DNA of 64,000 nucleotides, taken from positions 1 through 64,000 of the forward strand of contig JAUCBJ010006975.1 in the NCBI GenBank assembly GCA_032718475.1, written 5' to 3'. Positions within the stretch are counted from its first letter, which is position 1, and every line of letters starts with the position of its first letter. Shown in pieces: positions 47,059 to 58,112 of this stretch. The notes under the pieces were generated by a model that was given only the letters and a program-made list of their open reading frames with translations, did no database searches and was not told the origin of the DNA. Made by a program: the position numbers and the translations under genes. Source of the DNA: Nemertoderma westbladi (Eukaryota; Animalia; Xenacoelomorpha).

Positions 47059-50000
47059 ATGTCTGACACAAAGCAAAATCTGTCAGACAGTCTCTTAGAT
47101 ACAACCATGTGTGACCTAGACAGGAGTGTGGAACGTGTTAGACCGAAGTTCAACTTACCTCCTACTGTAAGAAAGATCATTCCCCCAGTAGTAATATCAG
47201 AACCTAGGCTGGTCCAACACCGTAGGTCTATCATAGGCACTCGAGCTCAGGTCAAGCGGGACCAAGAAACAGCGGAACCGCAACAACCCGCGAGCCAAGA
47301 ACTTATTTCTCAACGGCCCGACAGCAACAGTAGTGAGGATACTGCAGAGCTGACACCCGAGCGCGGAGCAAAGATGACAGATGCGGTTTATTCGGACCCC
47401 CTTCTCATACTTCCTGCAGCCGTACTCACTAGGTTATTGATTGCGGTAGAACAACACCAGATCGATTGGGCGAGAAATAAGCGATCGACTAAAGATAGTT
47501 ATGCGGGATACACAAGGGAAGAACTGAAGTCTATTGTCGAGTCGCAATGGAACTTCCCCGGACCCGGACTCCCGTTTGATTTATCAGAAGCTGCCTGGGA
47601 AGATATACACAGGATGGGAGTAACCAAGGAAACCAGCGATCCAGCTGTGTGGAAGAGGTCAGCAGCCGGATACGCACAGGGATTCTTCAGCTCCATGGAG
47701 CGATTAAAAGAACAACTGTTTCAACAACCCCAAGGACCTCAAGAGCAGGGACAGCTGCTTTATCAAGTTAGAGAAAGAATTCTACGAATCAGGCTAATCT
47801 TATCGGCCTTTGAGGAGGCTTCTAAAAGAAGACAAGACACGTCGTTGCAAGTTGCCGTAAAGACTTGGTTTCAACGGGTGAGTCTCCAGGTTCAAGGAAC
47901 GGCTCAGTGGAAAGCTCAGCTGGAGGAGCGCTCAACCCATGGAGAATCAACAGACGCTACTTTTTCCCAAGTGGAAAGTGAAGCGACGGCAGAGAAACCG
48001 CATAAGAGGGATGCCATTGACATCTATCTGTCAGACTATCAACGTTTTTTAGGTGATGAAGAGTTGAGGAGAAGGCTGGATGGACTTAGCCCTATTAGTG
48101 AAGGAACCCAGCGTGTGTTGGACGCCATCGATGTGGATATGAGAGCTGCGAACCAAGCTAAATTTGATGAACAACTCCGCATCGCTAGAGTCCAAGAAGA
48201 ACAAGTAAAGAAAAAACGTATAGAAGATAGAAAGGCAGCGGCAGTGGCAGCAGCAGTGGCAGCTGTAGAAGCAGAAAGAAAAGTGGCAGCGGCCGAGGCG
48301 GAAAGAAAGGCGGCAGCGGCAGAAGCGGAAAGAAAAGCGGCAGAGGCAGTGGCAGAAGCAGAACGGAGAGCGGCTGAAGAAACCACCCAATTAGAATTGG
48401 AAAACATTCAGGAGAATCAAGACTGCATAAATAAACAGTTAACAGCTAGTAATATGCAGATGATGAATCGATCTACTCCCAAAAGACAGGGATATACATC
48501 ATCTGAGGAAGGCGATACCACCGATACTGAAGGCAAAGGAAATAGGTCTCGTCTAAGCAGACGTAGAAGAACATCCCACCGTCAGAAATTGCCTGATTTG
48601 CCTCCAGCTGTTAGAAGGCAACTAAATAACACAAACTTAGGTAGTACAGAACCCACAGACCCAATAATTAAAATAGAAAGACTCCCTACTATAGTAGATG
48701 AGCCTGAAATAATTAGACCTGTTCCCGAAGCCACCCTTTCGGTGGTAGAGACACCTGTACTCCCTGAACCTACCTCTAAATTCCCTCTGCACAGCACTAA
48801 GCTATCTGTGCCACACAGAACCACCCTTGAAAATGTTCATGTCCTGGACTCCGAGCGAAATATTAATGATTTGTCGCCCGTTGTCCCTCGTCGGCCCGCT
48901 ACAACGTTGGCGGCTCCCGCTTCGGCAGTCGAGTGGGTGGATGAGGGACGACGGGGGATGGATCTCCTGCTCGGGCAGATGCAGGAGACTGTTCAGCAAT
49001 TCAAGGGCACAGTAAGGGAAAGTAGGTTAGAGTTGCAAGAAGTGCAGCAAAGTATCGCTCTAGAACGCGATAAATTAGTAAATTTACAAAAGGGTATATC
49101 ACCACCCTCTGTAACAATATGTCAACCCGTTAGGTCTGAAGTATCTCATGCGCAAGGTGTGGAGCCTACACGCATCTATACTGCTAGCGAAGTAGAAACT
49201 CCTATAGTAAACCCTATTAAGGGTAATTATAGACCTGTTGATAGTGATATTCCCTATAGACCTGATCATAATCCGAGAAATTTATATACCGATAACTCGA
49301 TATTAAATAACACGATGGCCCAAGAAAGTTTTACGCGTCAAATGGCTAGAACCGAAGCCCGCCAAGCGGTAAAGGTGGGAGAGATAGTCAAGTTCAATGG
49401 AGATGAGATGAAATGGTTACCTTTTAATGAATATTACAAAGATAACATACAGAACTCTGTGCTATCTAATGGAGAGAAACTTAGATTCCTCATCGAGTGC
49501 TTGGAAGGATCTCCCAAGTTAATGGCGTTAAAGTTTATTGGACATCCAGACGGATTAAGACAAGTTTGGGATACACTAAACATCAGGTATGGTAATAGGA
49601 ATAACATAGCTGGGTATTTGTATGCAAAGTTGGTAGCGCCCCGAAAGTTTATTAGCAGCGGGATTATAGAGTTTTCCGATGAGATTCAGGAGATCTGCAG
49701 ACAATTAGATTGGCTAGGTAAGTCTCATGAGTATCAGAGTGCTATGGTTATTAGAGCAGTGGCTTCTACTTTACCGAAGGGTGGAGTAGGTACACGCTGG
49801 GACAAGAAAGTGTTATATATGATGGAACAACAACAACGAGACCCTACCATGGCTGATCTCATGTCATTCTTAGATGGAGAAGTGAAATTACAGCTCCTAA
49901 GGCAGTCCAGAGAGAAGACACCGGAAAACAAGGTAACTGAGAAACCCGTTTCTAGGAGAAGGGTAATACCAGTGTGTTATACAGACGACGGCGAAAGCCA

Positions 50001-51654
50001 GGCTTCTCAAGAGGAAGACAGCGGGAAAGACACTGAAAGATCTTACTATGACAACAAAGCGACTAAGGACGTAAGTAAATTCAAGTCTCGAACCAATGAC
50101 AGGAGAGAACAGGTAAGAAAAACTCCCCCTACGTCTCCTAAGAGAATTCAAGTAAGAAAGCCCGAAGAAAGAACGAGTGTGCACAACGTTACTCAAAGTA
50201 AGGTAAGTAACATCAAACCAAAATGTGTGCTGTGCGACGGGCCCCACCGTTTGAATATGTGTGATAAATTCCTAAAGAAATCATTAAAGGATAGACGTGA
50301 AGTCATGTGGGATAAGCGGTTGTGTTATAATTGCCTCAGACGAGGACACCAACGGCGAACCTGTTACTCCGACGCAAGGTGTGCAAAGTGCGGCGCAAAA
50401 CATCATATCTTGTTGCACACGGAATTCGAACGAAACAGCCCGAGTCAGGTAAGTGAGTCCGAACTACATGTCCAATTCAGTGATGTGAACGACACTGACC
50501 AATATTCTGAGATGGAAGGATTCTATACGGACGAATTCTCCGACGAAAACGAATCCTGTTACCTGACAAATACCGCAGTGTATCGAGCACTTACGTATGA
50601 CAAGGACACCGACAGCGAGCTCCCCCTAACTACTTCTGACAGACAACCATCTTGGAAAGCACCAACTTCCAATGTAGGAATCCGAGAATTTCCTGTAGTA
50701 CAGTTAAGGGTCCACGGATCTACAAGGAGTTATATAGTGAACGCCCTCCTTGACTCCGGTAGCACAGGAACATTCATCGACAAAGAACTAGCCGAAGACA
50801 TCTTTGCTGGACAACCCAAGTTCCGAACTAAGCTAAACATGTCAGGAATTATGCAGGTTTGGAAATCTACCGTAATAGCGGATTATTATGTAGGCGCGTT
50901 TTCCACCCCCCAGGATGAACTAGGAGAACACAGCATAAGGTCAGTAAAAATGGTAGCGATAAAGAACTTCGCGACCAGCCAAGTGGAACCTTATAACTGG
51001 GATGAGGACGATTTCACCCAGCAGCTTGAAATACCTAGATTCAACACCGATTACCCTGGAGTCCAAATACTCATCGGTCAAAATGCGCATGAAGCGCTCG
51101 AGACATTGGAGAAACGGCCTGCTCAACCGCAACCACTACAAGTCTATGCGGGAAGAACTAGAGTAGGTTGGTACTTTACTGGCCCTTCTTGTAGAACTCT
51201 TATGGAAAGATTACCAAAAGAACAGGTATATCAATTAAGTGAACGGGAAGTGGAGAGCAGTGAAGTTGACGACCCAACTGAGGGAACACCATACTCCTCA
51301 GATAATGACGACATCAACTCCAATGTAGAGCAATGGAGACATTGCCCCGAGACGATCAATCTAGCCGACATCGCTTCCAGGGGAGCAACTCCACAAGAAC
51401 TGATAGATACTCCAGCGTGGTTAGGTGGACCCGACTTCCTAAGTAAAGAAGATGAATGGCCTCCTCATCTTACCCCGGCTAAGATTAGACAGGCCAAGGG
51501 AGCGGAGAAAGTAACACAACCACTCAATCGCCCAGCTGGTCGTTTATGTTTACTGGAAAGAGACCGAAAACTGTCCGGAAACTATGGAAGGCAAGATACT
51601 CTTCCCACGACCACCTCCCTAATCCAACAAATATCTAGGGACTCCATAACGTAA
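47059..51654 (+). CDS. BEL/Pao Gag-protease polyprotein of a non-autonomous derivative (RT and most of RNase H/integrase deleted in frame)
   Basis: Capsid-like KFNGDEMKW..LSNGEKLRFLIECLEG..LNIRYG (DUF1759-like); BEL triple knuckle CVLCDGPH..C / CYNCLRRGH..C / CAKCGAKHH.LLH; protease ALLDSGS..ILIG; then QWRHCP..NLADIASRG..WLGGPDFL and RPAGRLCLLE. Confidence 0.88.
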   Translation: MSDTKQNLSDSLLDTTMCDLDRSVERVRPKFNLPPTVRKIIPPVVISEPRLVQHRRSIIGTRAQVKRDQETAEPQQPASQELISQRPDSNSSEDTAELTPERGAKMTDAVYSDPLLILPAAVLTRLLIAVEQHQIDWARNKRSTKDSYAGYTREELKSIVESQWNFPGPGLPFDLSEAAWEDIHRMGVTKETSDPAVWKRSAAGYAQGFFSSMERLKEQLFQQPQGPQEQGQLLYQVRERILRIRLILSAFEEASKRRQDTSLQVAVKTWFQRVSLQVQGTAQWKAQLEERSTHGESTDATFSQVESEATAEKPHKRDAIDIYLSDYQRFLGDEELRRRLDGLSPISEGTQRVLDAIDVDMRAANQAKFDEQLRIARVQEEQVKKKRIEDRKAAAVAAAVAAVEAERKVAAAEAERKAAAAEAERKAAEAVAEAERRAAEETTQLELENIQENQDCINKQLTASNMQMMNRSTPKRQGYTSSEEGDTTDTEGKGNRSRLSRRRRTSHRQKLPDLPPAVRRQLNNTNLGSTEPTDPIIKIERLPTIVDEPEIIRPVPEATLSVVETPVLPEPTSKFPLHSTKLSVPHRTTLENVHVLDSERNINDLSPVVPRRPATTLAAPASAVEWVDEGRRGMDLLLGQMQETVQQFKGTVRESRLELQEVQQSIALERDKLVNLQKGISPPSVTICQPVRSEVSHAQGVEPTRIYTASEVETPIVNPIKGNYRPVDSDIPYRPDHNPRNLYTDNSILNNTMAQESFTRQMARTEARQAVKVGEIVKFNGDEMKWLPFNEYYKDNIQNSVLSNGEKLRFLIECLEGSPKLMALKFIGHPDGLRQVWDTLNIRYGNRNNIAGYLYAKLVAPRKFISSGIIEFSDEIQEICRQLDWLGKSHEYQSAMVIRAVASTLPKGGVGTRWDKKVLYMMEQQQRDPTMADLMSFLDGEVKLQLLRQSREKTPENKVTEKPVSRRRVIPVCYTDDGESQASQEEDSGKDTERSYYDNKATKDVSKFKSRTNDRREQVRKTPPTSPKRIQVRKPEERTSVHNVTQSKVSNIKPKCVLCDGPHRLNMCDKFLKKSLKDRREVMWDKRLCYNCLRRGHQRRTCYSDARCAKCGAKHHILLHTEFERNSPSQVSESELHVQFSDVNDTDQYSEMEGFYTDEFSDENESCYLTNTAVYRALTYDKDTDSELPLTTSDRQPSWKAPTSNVGIREFPVVQLRVHGSTRSYIVNALLDSGSTGTFIDKELAEDIFAGQPKFRTKLNMSGIMQVWKSTVIADYYVGAFSTPQDELGEHSIRSVKMVAIKNFATSQVEPYNWDEDDFTQQLEIPRFNTDYPGVQILIGQNAHEALETLEKRPAQPQPLQVYAGRTRVGWYFTGPSCRTLMERLPKEQVYQLSEREVESSEVDDPTEGTPYSSDNDDINSNVEQWRHCPETINLADIASRGATPQELIDTPAWLGGPDFLSKEDEWPPHLTPAKIRQAKGAEKVTQPLNRPAGRLCLLERDRKLSGNYGRQDTLPTTTSLIQQISRDSIT

Positions 51655-54600
51655 CAACATACGGAGTGGGTGTGTGACTATATTATTTTATATTTATTCT
51701 TATTATTTTATATTTATGTATGTATTATTATGTATTTTTATTATAATCGTTTTCTTTAATTTTATTTAGTAGAATGTTATTTTAGCGATTATTTAGTAGA
51801 TTAGTGCAATATATATTCGCGTTTATTACTTAATTACTTATATATTATATATTTAGTGCGACGGCGAGAAATAATTCTTTTTCTCTTTCCTTACGTCCGT
51901 ATTACATTACAAATACGTAATTACAGTAAGATGAAATGTCCGTACTTATTAAAGTACAATAAAGCTCCTACTATATTTAAGTATTATTGGTAAGCAGAGT
52001 ATTAGGAATGCAAAATTCAGATCCTCGTGTCTCGGCTAAACCAAGCTCTAGGTAGACTTGGAAACGACTTGCCTCTTCTCACTGACATTGCTTCGTGCGA
52101 TATTGCTCTCATACCGTATATTAAATAATACATATAGTAGCGTGATGTCCTTTTAACAGTAGCGTATAACGCAAAATAAATCTGTTAAACCCTTTGACCA
52201 TCTGTAATTCTAGTCGATTAAGATATCGCGGCACCCACCGATATACTTGAAAGACAAAATTCTAGAATCAGTGGTTAATGTCCCCAGACAAGTTCTGGAA
52301 TAAACTGGTGCCCATCCTAAATATTAATTATTAATATTTACAAAACCTGTCAAATTTTAGATCCTTTAAAATTCTAGTCGAATAAGGTATCTGATAAACA
52401 ACCGCGACACCTATACTAACAGCAGAACTGTTGAACAGACAAATACCCGTTAATATCCTTCTGCCAACCTAATGAGCTCTCGCCTAACCAATAAGACACA
52501 AAGACTGCTCTACTGTTAAGTAAAGGGGATCAGGAGCGTGATATTACTAAATTGTAAAGGTTGCTAAATACAAAACCGCTACTTACCGTTGGATGGCGCT
52601 AATCTGCCGTCCGCTAATATATTTTACTAATTTTACACAACTCCTGCAAAATCGCTTGTTCCTTTCTCTACCGATTGCTCGACAGAGAGCTAACTGTTCG
52701 AATCTATGAACCACGCGGGAATAACCAAAACAATAAACCCGAGTCGGCTCCCTAAGCTTACTTAAGACGAGTGCGAGATGCTTTGCACTCAGAGTATTCT
52801 TACGCCTAATTCTATCACTATTAAAGCACGCTATTGCCTACGTCTTTTCTAATCGCGAATACTGGGGGTTCCCTAACGTATGTGTGAATGCGAGAATATT
52901 TAAATAATCAAAATGGTACAGTGTTTGTCTCTACGTGGATAGTACCGCTCTGGGTCTAAAATTGCCTGCAGCTGGCTTTAGGCCAGCAAATTACTAGCGT
53001 GTTGTGTGTACCGAATAGTGCGATCTAGCTGATTGCCCGCTAATGCAAATAACCGCTCAGCGTGAATAGTTTACAGTACTCTAATTATTACTTTAGCTAC
53101 TCTCCGCTATGCTGCGTACTAATTCTTAATTTTTACTAATCAATTACAGTCACAAATATGTAACAGCGTACTAATTACTAAGAGTTCCAGAATACGTAAT
53201 TCTAATTTATTACGCAACAGGTTTCGCTAGTAATAGCCTAAATTGCCGTATTACTTTGACCTAATCAGTAACTAATTGTTGTAACTAAGAAATAGAAATC
53301 AATCAAAGAAAAGGGGGCGCCTACCTAAACATTCACAATCGTAGGCACACTTCAATAACACACCAATCAGCGTCAGCAATCACAGTTCGCAATTATGCAG
53401 TTAACTACTGTATAGCCCACAGTTATGCGACTCACTATTCGTACTTCACACTCCACGTTGTGATACGTGCAGGCCTCTCCCGGGTACATATAGGACTCCT
53501 AACTAACCTGATTCCTGCCCCCCTAATACTAAATAGAGACGAAACCTGGATCATCAGCCCCCTAATTACTGTACCAGCGAATGGTCTGCATACCACAGCG
53601 TGAACTACCCGACCGCAACGGTGACCCCCCGCCAGCGTTGCTCGCTTTTGAATCCTCCGCTCTCCCTTCGTCGCTAACCCCCCGATGTGCCCACCGCCCA
53701 CTGGCACCTTAGCCCTCCATTATGCTAATAGCTACCGTAGCGGCGCATGCAAATCACAAAGTCTGACAGTCTCAGAAATCCCTTAGGATTATTGCGTAGA
53801 AAGGAATCACATAGAACAAGGGTGTGGACTGTGAGGTATAGAACTAGATAGAGCTCTATCGGCAAACCGCCAATTTATAGGTGATCCGGATGGGGTGATG
53901 CAATAGGGTGACTCAATCGCTCTCCTATTGGCTCTCCAGTCCGCGCTAGCATTAGACCAAGCTGGAAGCAGTTAGTCCAATAAGGAGGCCGGATTGTAGC
54001 CCTATCGCTGCCCAAACCTCGAATTATTACCATATATGGTAATGGATCATGTCCCTGGCTGCTGAATGGCCAGGACAGCGTCCCTATGCTAGCCCTATTG
54101 ATGCTAATATCAGCAAGCACAAAATCCAGGGTCCGACTAAACTTGCTACCCTGGAACTATCTACATATATCCTAATACAAAATTACGTAGGTAGGGCTAC
54201 ATATTATACAAAATGGATGGATTCAAATATATGGGCGTTTTGGTTTCCCTATCTAAATATCACCTCGCTATTATATCTTATCTAAAATATTATGCTGCAC
54301 AACGGACTAATATTACGTACAGTATAACGGACTAATATTGCATACAGTATAACGGACTAATATTGCATACTGCATAATGACTAATATATGTGGATACAGC
54401 GCCATATACCGTAACACCGCTCCAAGGGAAATCATACAATGTTTCCCTCCAATTGTAGAAGAGTATAAGGTGATGTATACAAAACAAAATAAATTTCTTC
54501 CAACTAATCTAAATACTTGATACTATAAATCCTACTATTTACAAAATATTGCTATGGATATTGCATAATGAATTGCATACAAATTAAATTTACAAATATT

Positions 54601-54891
54601 ATCTCTCTCATTCAAATTAAATTTACAAAATATTGTTTCTCGTTCGTACTACATAATGATTACTACATACAAGATCAAATATATAAAAAAATTTGCTAGG
54701 GCAAGTGAAAGGAGTAAGCCAAACCCGCAGGTTTGTCTCCCCAATCACTTCCTTCGCCTCTCTCATAATATAAATTCAAAACAGCTCAACTAGTGTATAT
54801 GAGTCTAGTCGAAGATTTCTAAATGCTACAATATACATCAGAGCGACGATGATGTATATATCTAGAGTCTGTCGCCCTGTGCTATAATGTA

Positions 54892-57800
54892 TTATCGACC
54901 CGCTCCTGGGTTCTTTGGGCTCGCTCCTCTCTTTCGCCCCCTGCCCAGATACACCAGTCGTCCTCCAGTCGACTCCGTTGACGGCGTCCGTGAGGCGTCA
55001 CTCCCCGGAACCGGCGACGATGTTCCCTGAGCCCCGACAGATTCCCGGCTCGTGCTTCTTCCTCGGCCTCGTCCCAATTGTCGGGCTCCTGTGGTCGCTT
55101 CCGCCAACTCTTCCTTATGCAGTTGCACTCGCGCCTTCTCCGACGCTCCCTGCGCCTTGCGCTGCAACCTCTGTGCTTCTATAATAGAGTGATAGTGGTC
55201 GTCCTTGACTTGACGCTTGTCTTGGACCCCTCCTCCTGGTTCCTTCCGCGAGCCTTGAGCTCCAGCGGTCGTCGCTGTGGTCGCTGCGATCCTCTGTTCC
55301 CGTATCCTCTCAGCGGTCAATGAACCCACTGGCACATGAGTCAACAAGAATTCGTTGCGGTATTGTATAGCCGCCATCCTCCAATCACCTCGCGCGCGTA
55401 CCACTTTTCTAGTCTCCGTAAATACACCCTTCGTGATGCGATCGCAAATAGCAACAAAGTTCCAGGTGTACTTATTGTCCATATTCAACTGTCTGAAGTA
55501 TTCTCGGACTACGATAACTCCAGTGTTCTGTGGAAGGTCTTGAGCAGTTAGGATGAGTTCCTGATATTGTGGTAGCGATTGTAGATATGGCTCGTACGCA
55601 ACATGTGATGGGTCTACCGCCCAAAATCCATATCCCGCCTTAAATGGTAACCAATGCATCTGCGCTTGAATATGGTAATCAGCCACACTCTCCCACTTAT
55701 CTAACATCTCCCGAAGTAGGTTAGCGCTATGGTTTTGAAAGGAATCATCTCGCAGCTGACATCTCGCGCTACGATGTCCCTTTACCCCACAATATCCACA
55801 TTGAGAAATGAAGACGGTGCACGTGTGAAACGAATGGTCGGTCTCATTACACCAACGACAGACCTTATGCGCCGCCTCTACTACCGCGTCGCACGACTTT
55901 AGATTGTGCCTTGTGCTGCCGCACAATTTGCACCTACGCGCTTGTGGAAACCAGGCCCTCTCATATATGAGGTCTCCAATCGGTTTCGCACTTCCTTCCT
56001 TCCCAATGTCTAATACGATGTCGTCCTCTCCGGTCAACGGTTGTCGATCCGGAACAAAGTAAACATCCTCGCCCTTGTCCTCTATCTCCAATATTTCCTC
56101 CCGCGTTCGTTTCGGATATGTCTTCTCCACCAGAAGATCTACTCCGAACACCTCTACTAACGTCTCCGGCCAGCCCTCCTTAACAGGTCTATCAGCCTCC
56201 GAGTGGAAGGGAGTACCAAACCCGCGGGTTTGATTCCCGAACCACTTCTCCAAACCTTCTGGCGTCGGATACTCCATCGACGGTCGGTCTCCCAAATCTC
56301 CGATGTTCTGTCGATATACTCCTTGGAATATCGCTAATCCTCTCCTTACCATCGACGTATTCTCTAACGACTGGTTGAAGAACGGGGTTAAGAAACGCTT
56401 CATCACGTCGGATTGGATTCCCCCTTTCGAGCGAACGTATTGATCTCCTCCGAATACTAATGGATGACGCTTCAAAACTCGCGCAACGATATCCGCTAAT
56501 AAACAAGTCACCGTGTTCGACTCAAGCACCAAGTAATATTGTAGCGACGCACGGGGTGGCGCGCAAATGTTCCAATACACTAATGCTTGCCGCTTGAAGT
56601 GGGATTTGAACTCCGCTCCCGGTGGCGTGTTGTATTCGCCATACGCCTCCTCGTACTTCTTCTGCGTCTTTAACTTAAAGTCCCAATTATACAACAAGTG
56701 TGCTATAAAGCCCATACCAGTCTTGGCAGAGTTGGGATACTCCCTATAAATTCCAATGTCCTGTGCCCATAGCAACAATAGCTTGGTGTCGACAAACGGT
56801 CTCGGCAATCTATCTTCCAGATCAGTCATGGCGTTGAAGTCGCTCTCCAAATCGCTCTGGACTCCCGATCCCACCTTGACGTAATCTTGGTTGAGAATAG
56901 CCTCTCTAACTTTCTTGGGTAGCATCCTGGCGTCGATACGCTCCGCTCCGTGCATACCTCCTCGCCTGCATACCTCCAAAATCTGCTCCCTAGGATCCTT
57001 CCCTTTCTGATATTGTGTCGTTATGATGGGCTCTGGTCTCTCTCGATCCGCCCTCACACGCATAAACACATGAGTCACACCATCGGCTGCACGAATTTGA
57101 ATACACTTGCTGGTCAAACATTCCTGATGGGACCCTCCTTCATTGTCGTAGAACATCACCCTCCAATCCTGCAGTGATTCCTCCATTTTCCTCCACTGAC
57201 GCTGAATCTCGTCTGATGGGGTCCACATGCGCTCGATAGCCTTGTGGTCATCATATCGGGTATAAGAACCCTTCCTCCTCAGCCACGTCTGGTCTACCTC
57301 CTCGTCGTCTGGGAATGTAGCCACCGCGACCCATACCTTGATGTACTTATCCAACCATCCGAATAGTTTGCTCTCCTTCCCCGGAGCTCCAATCTTATCC
57401 AATGTGTCGTAATCTGTGATCTGCATTGGGACATCACGCAAGAACTTCGCGCATAAAACTTCCCGTAGACAGTCAACGTTCCAATGATCCGCCATTCTTA
57501 CCATCGGCAAGAATCGTATCGCTTCTCGCGATTCTGGATGATCTACTAATATCGCAGGTTCGGTGCCGTCGGAATAATACACCGGTCGGGGTTGAGATAC
57601 GACCTGTGGAACAAATCCGGTCACTCTCCTCGTCTCCTCTTGATGTCTATCCGCAGTCTTATTATACTCCGCTATCCTGTTCTCAAATAACTCTTTCGCC
57701 TTCGCCGCTCGCTCCTCCTGCCGCAACGCGTCTATGTCGTCCTGATGCTCAGGCGTGAGGCTTCTCGCTCGGTGAGGTGAAGTAAACGCAGTCCAGGGAC

Positions 57801-57937
57801 TCGAGAGCTCCAAACCCGCGGGTTTGGTACCCGAGTCCCGTGCCGCTTCGCGCCGCGCCTCTAGATCCTTATAGGCTCGGTACAGCGAAATGGCCGCTGC
57901 CGTCTCTATCAAACTGGGTGTCGAACAGGGTTTAATC
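54892..57937 (-). CDS. C-terminal part of a Copia-interrupted ~1195-aa protein: DEDDy-like 3'-5' exonuclease plus three CCHC zinc knuckles
   Basis: Exo I FYDNEG..CIQI, Exo II KVGSGVQSD..FVDT, Exo III W...QYYLVLE. Knuckles CKLCGSTRHNLKSC, CRWCNETDHSFHTC and CGYCGVKGHRSARC. Open and intronless for more than 1000 codons. Confidence 0.75.
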
Positions 57938-58112
57938 TGTGAGTACTGCAGTATTATGCTTGTGTTAGTTTGTGCCTACTGTATTGTTGTGAGTTAGTTA
58001 GGTTGGTGACTGGTGAATATGTATTGCATTGTGCACGTGCTGATAGCAGTAAAGTTTAGTTATTAAAATACAGCAATAAGTTTAATGTTTAAAATGAGTT
58101 CTAATTCTAACA
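57938..58112 (+). repeat. Copia 5' LTR
   Basis: TGTGAGTACTG...TTCTAACA followed by the PBS. Confidence 0.95.

Noticed and set aside
54892-57912. env gene or a second gag in the env position
   Set aside because: No signal peptide, transmembrane segment or capsid motif is visible; the acidic exonuclease motifs fit better.
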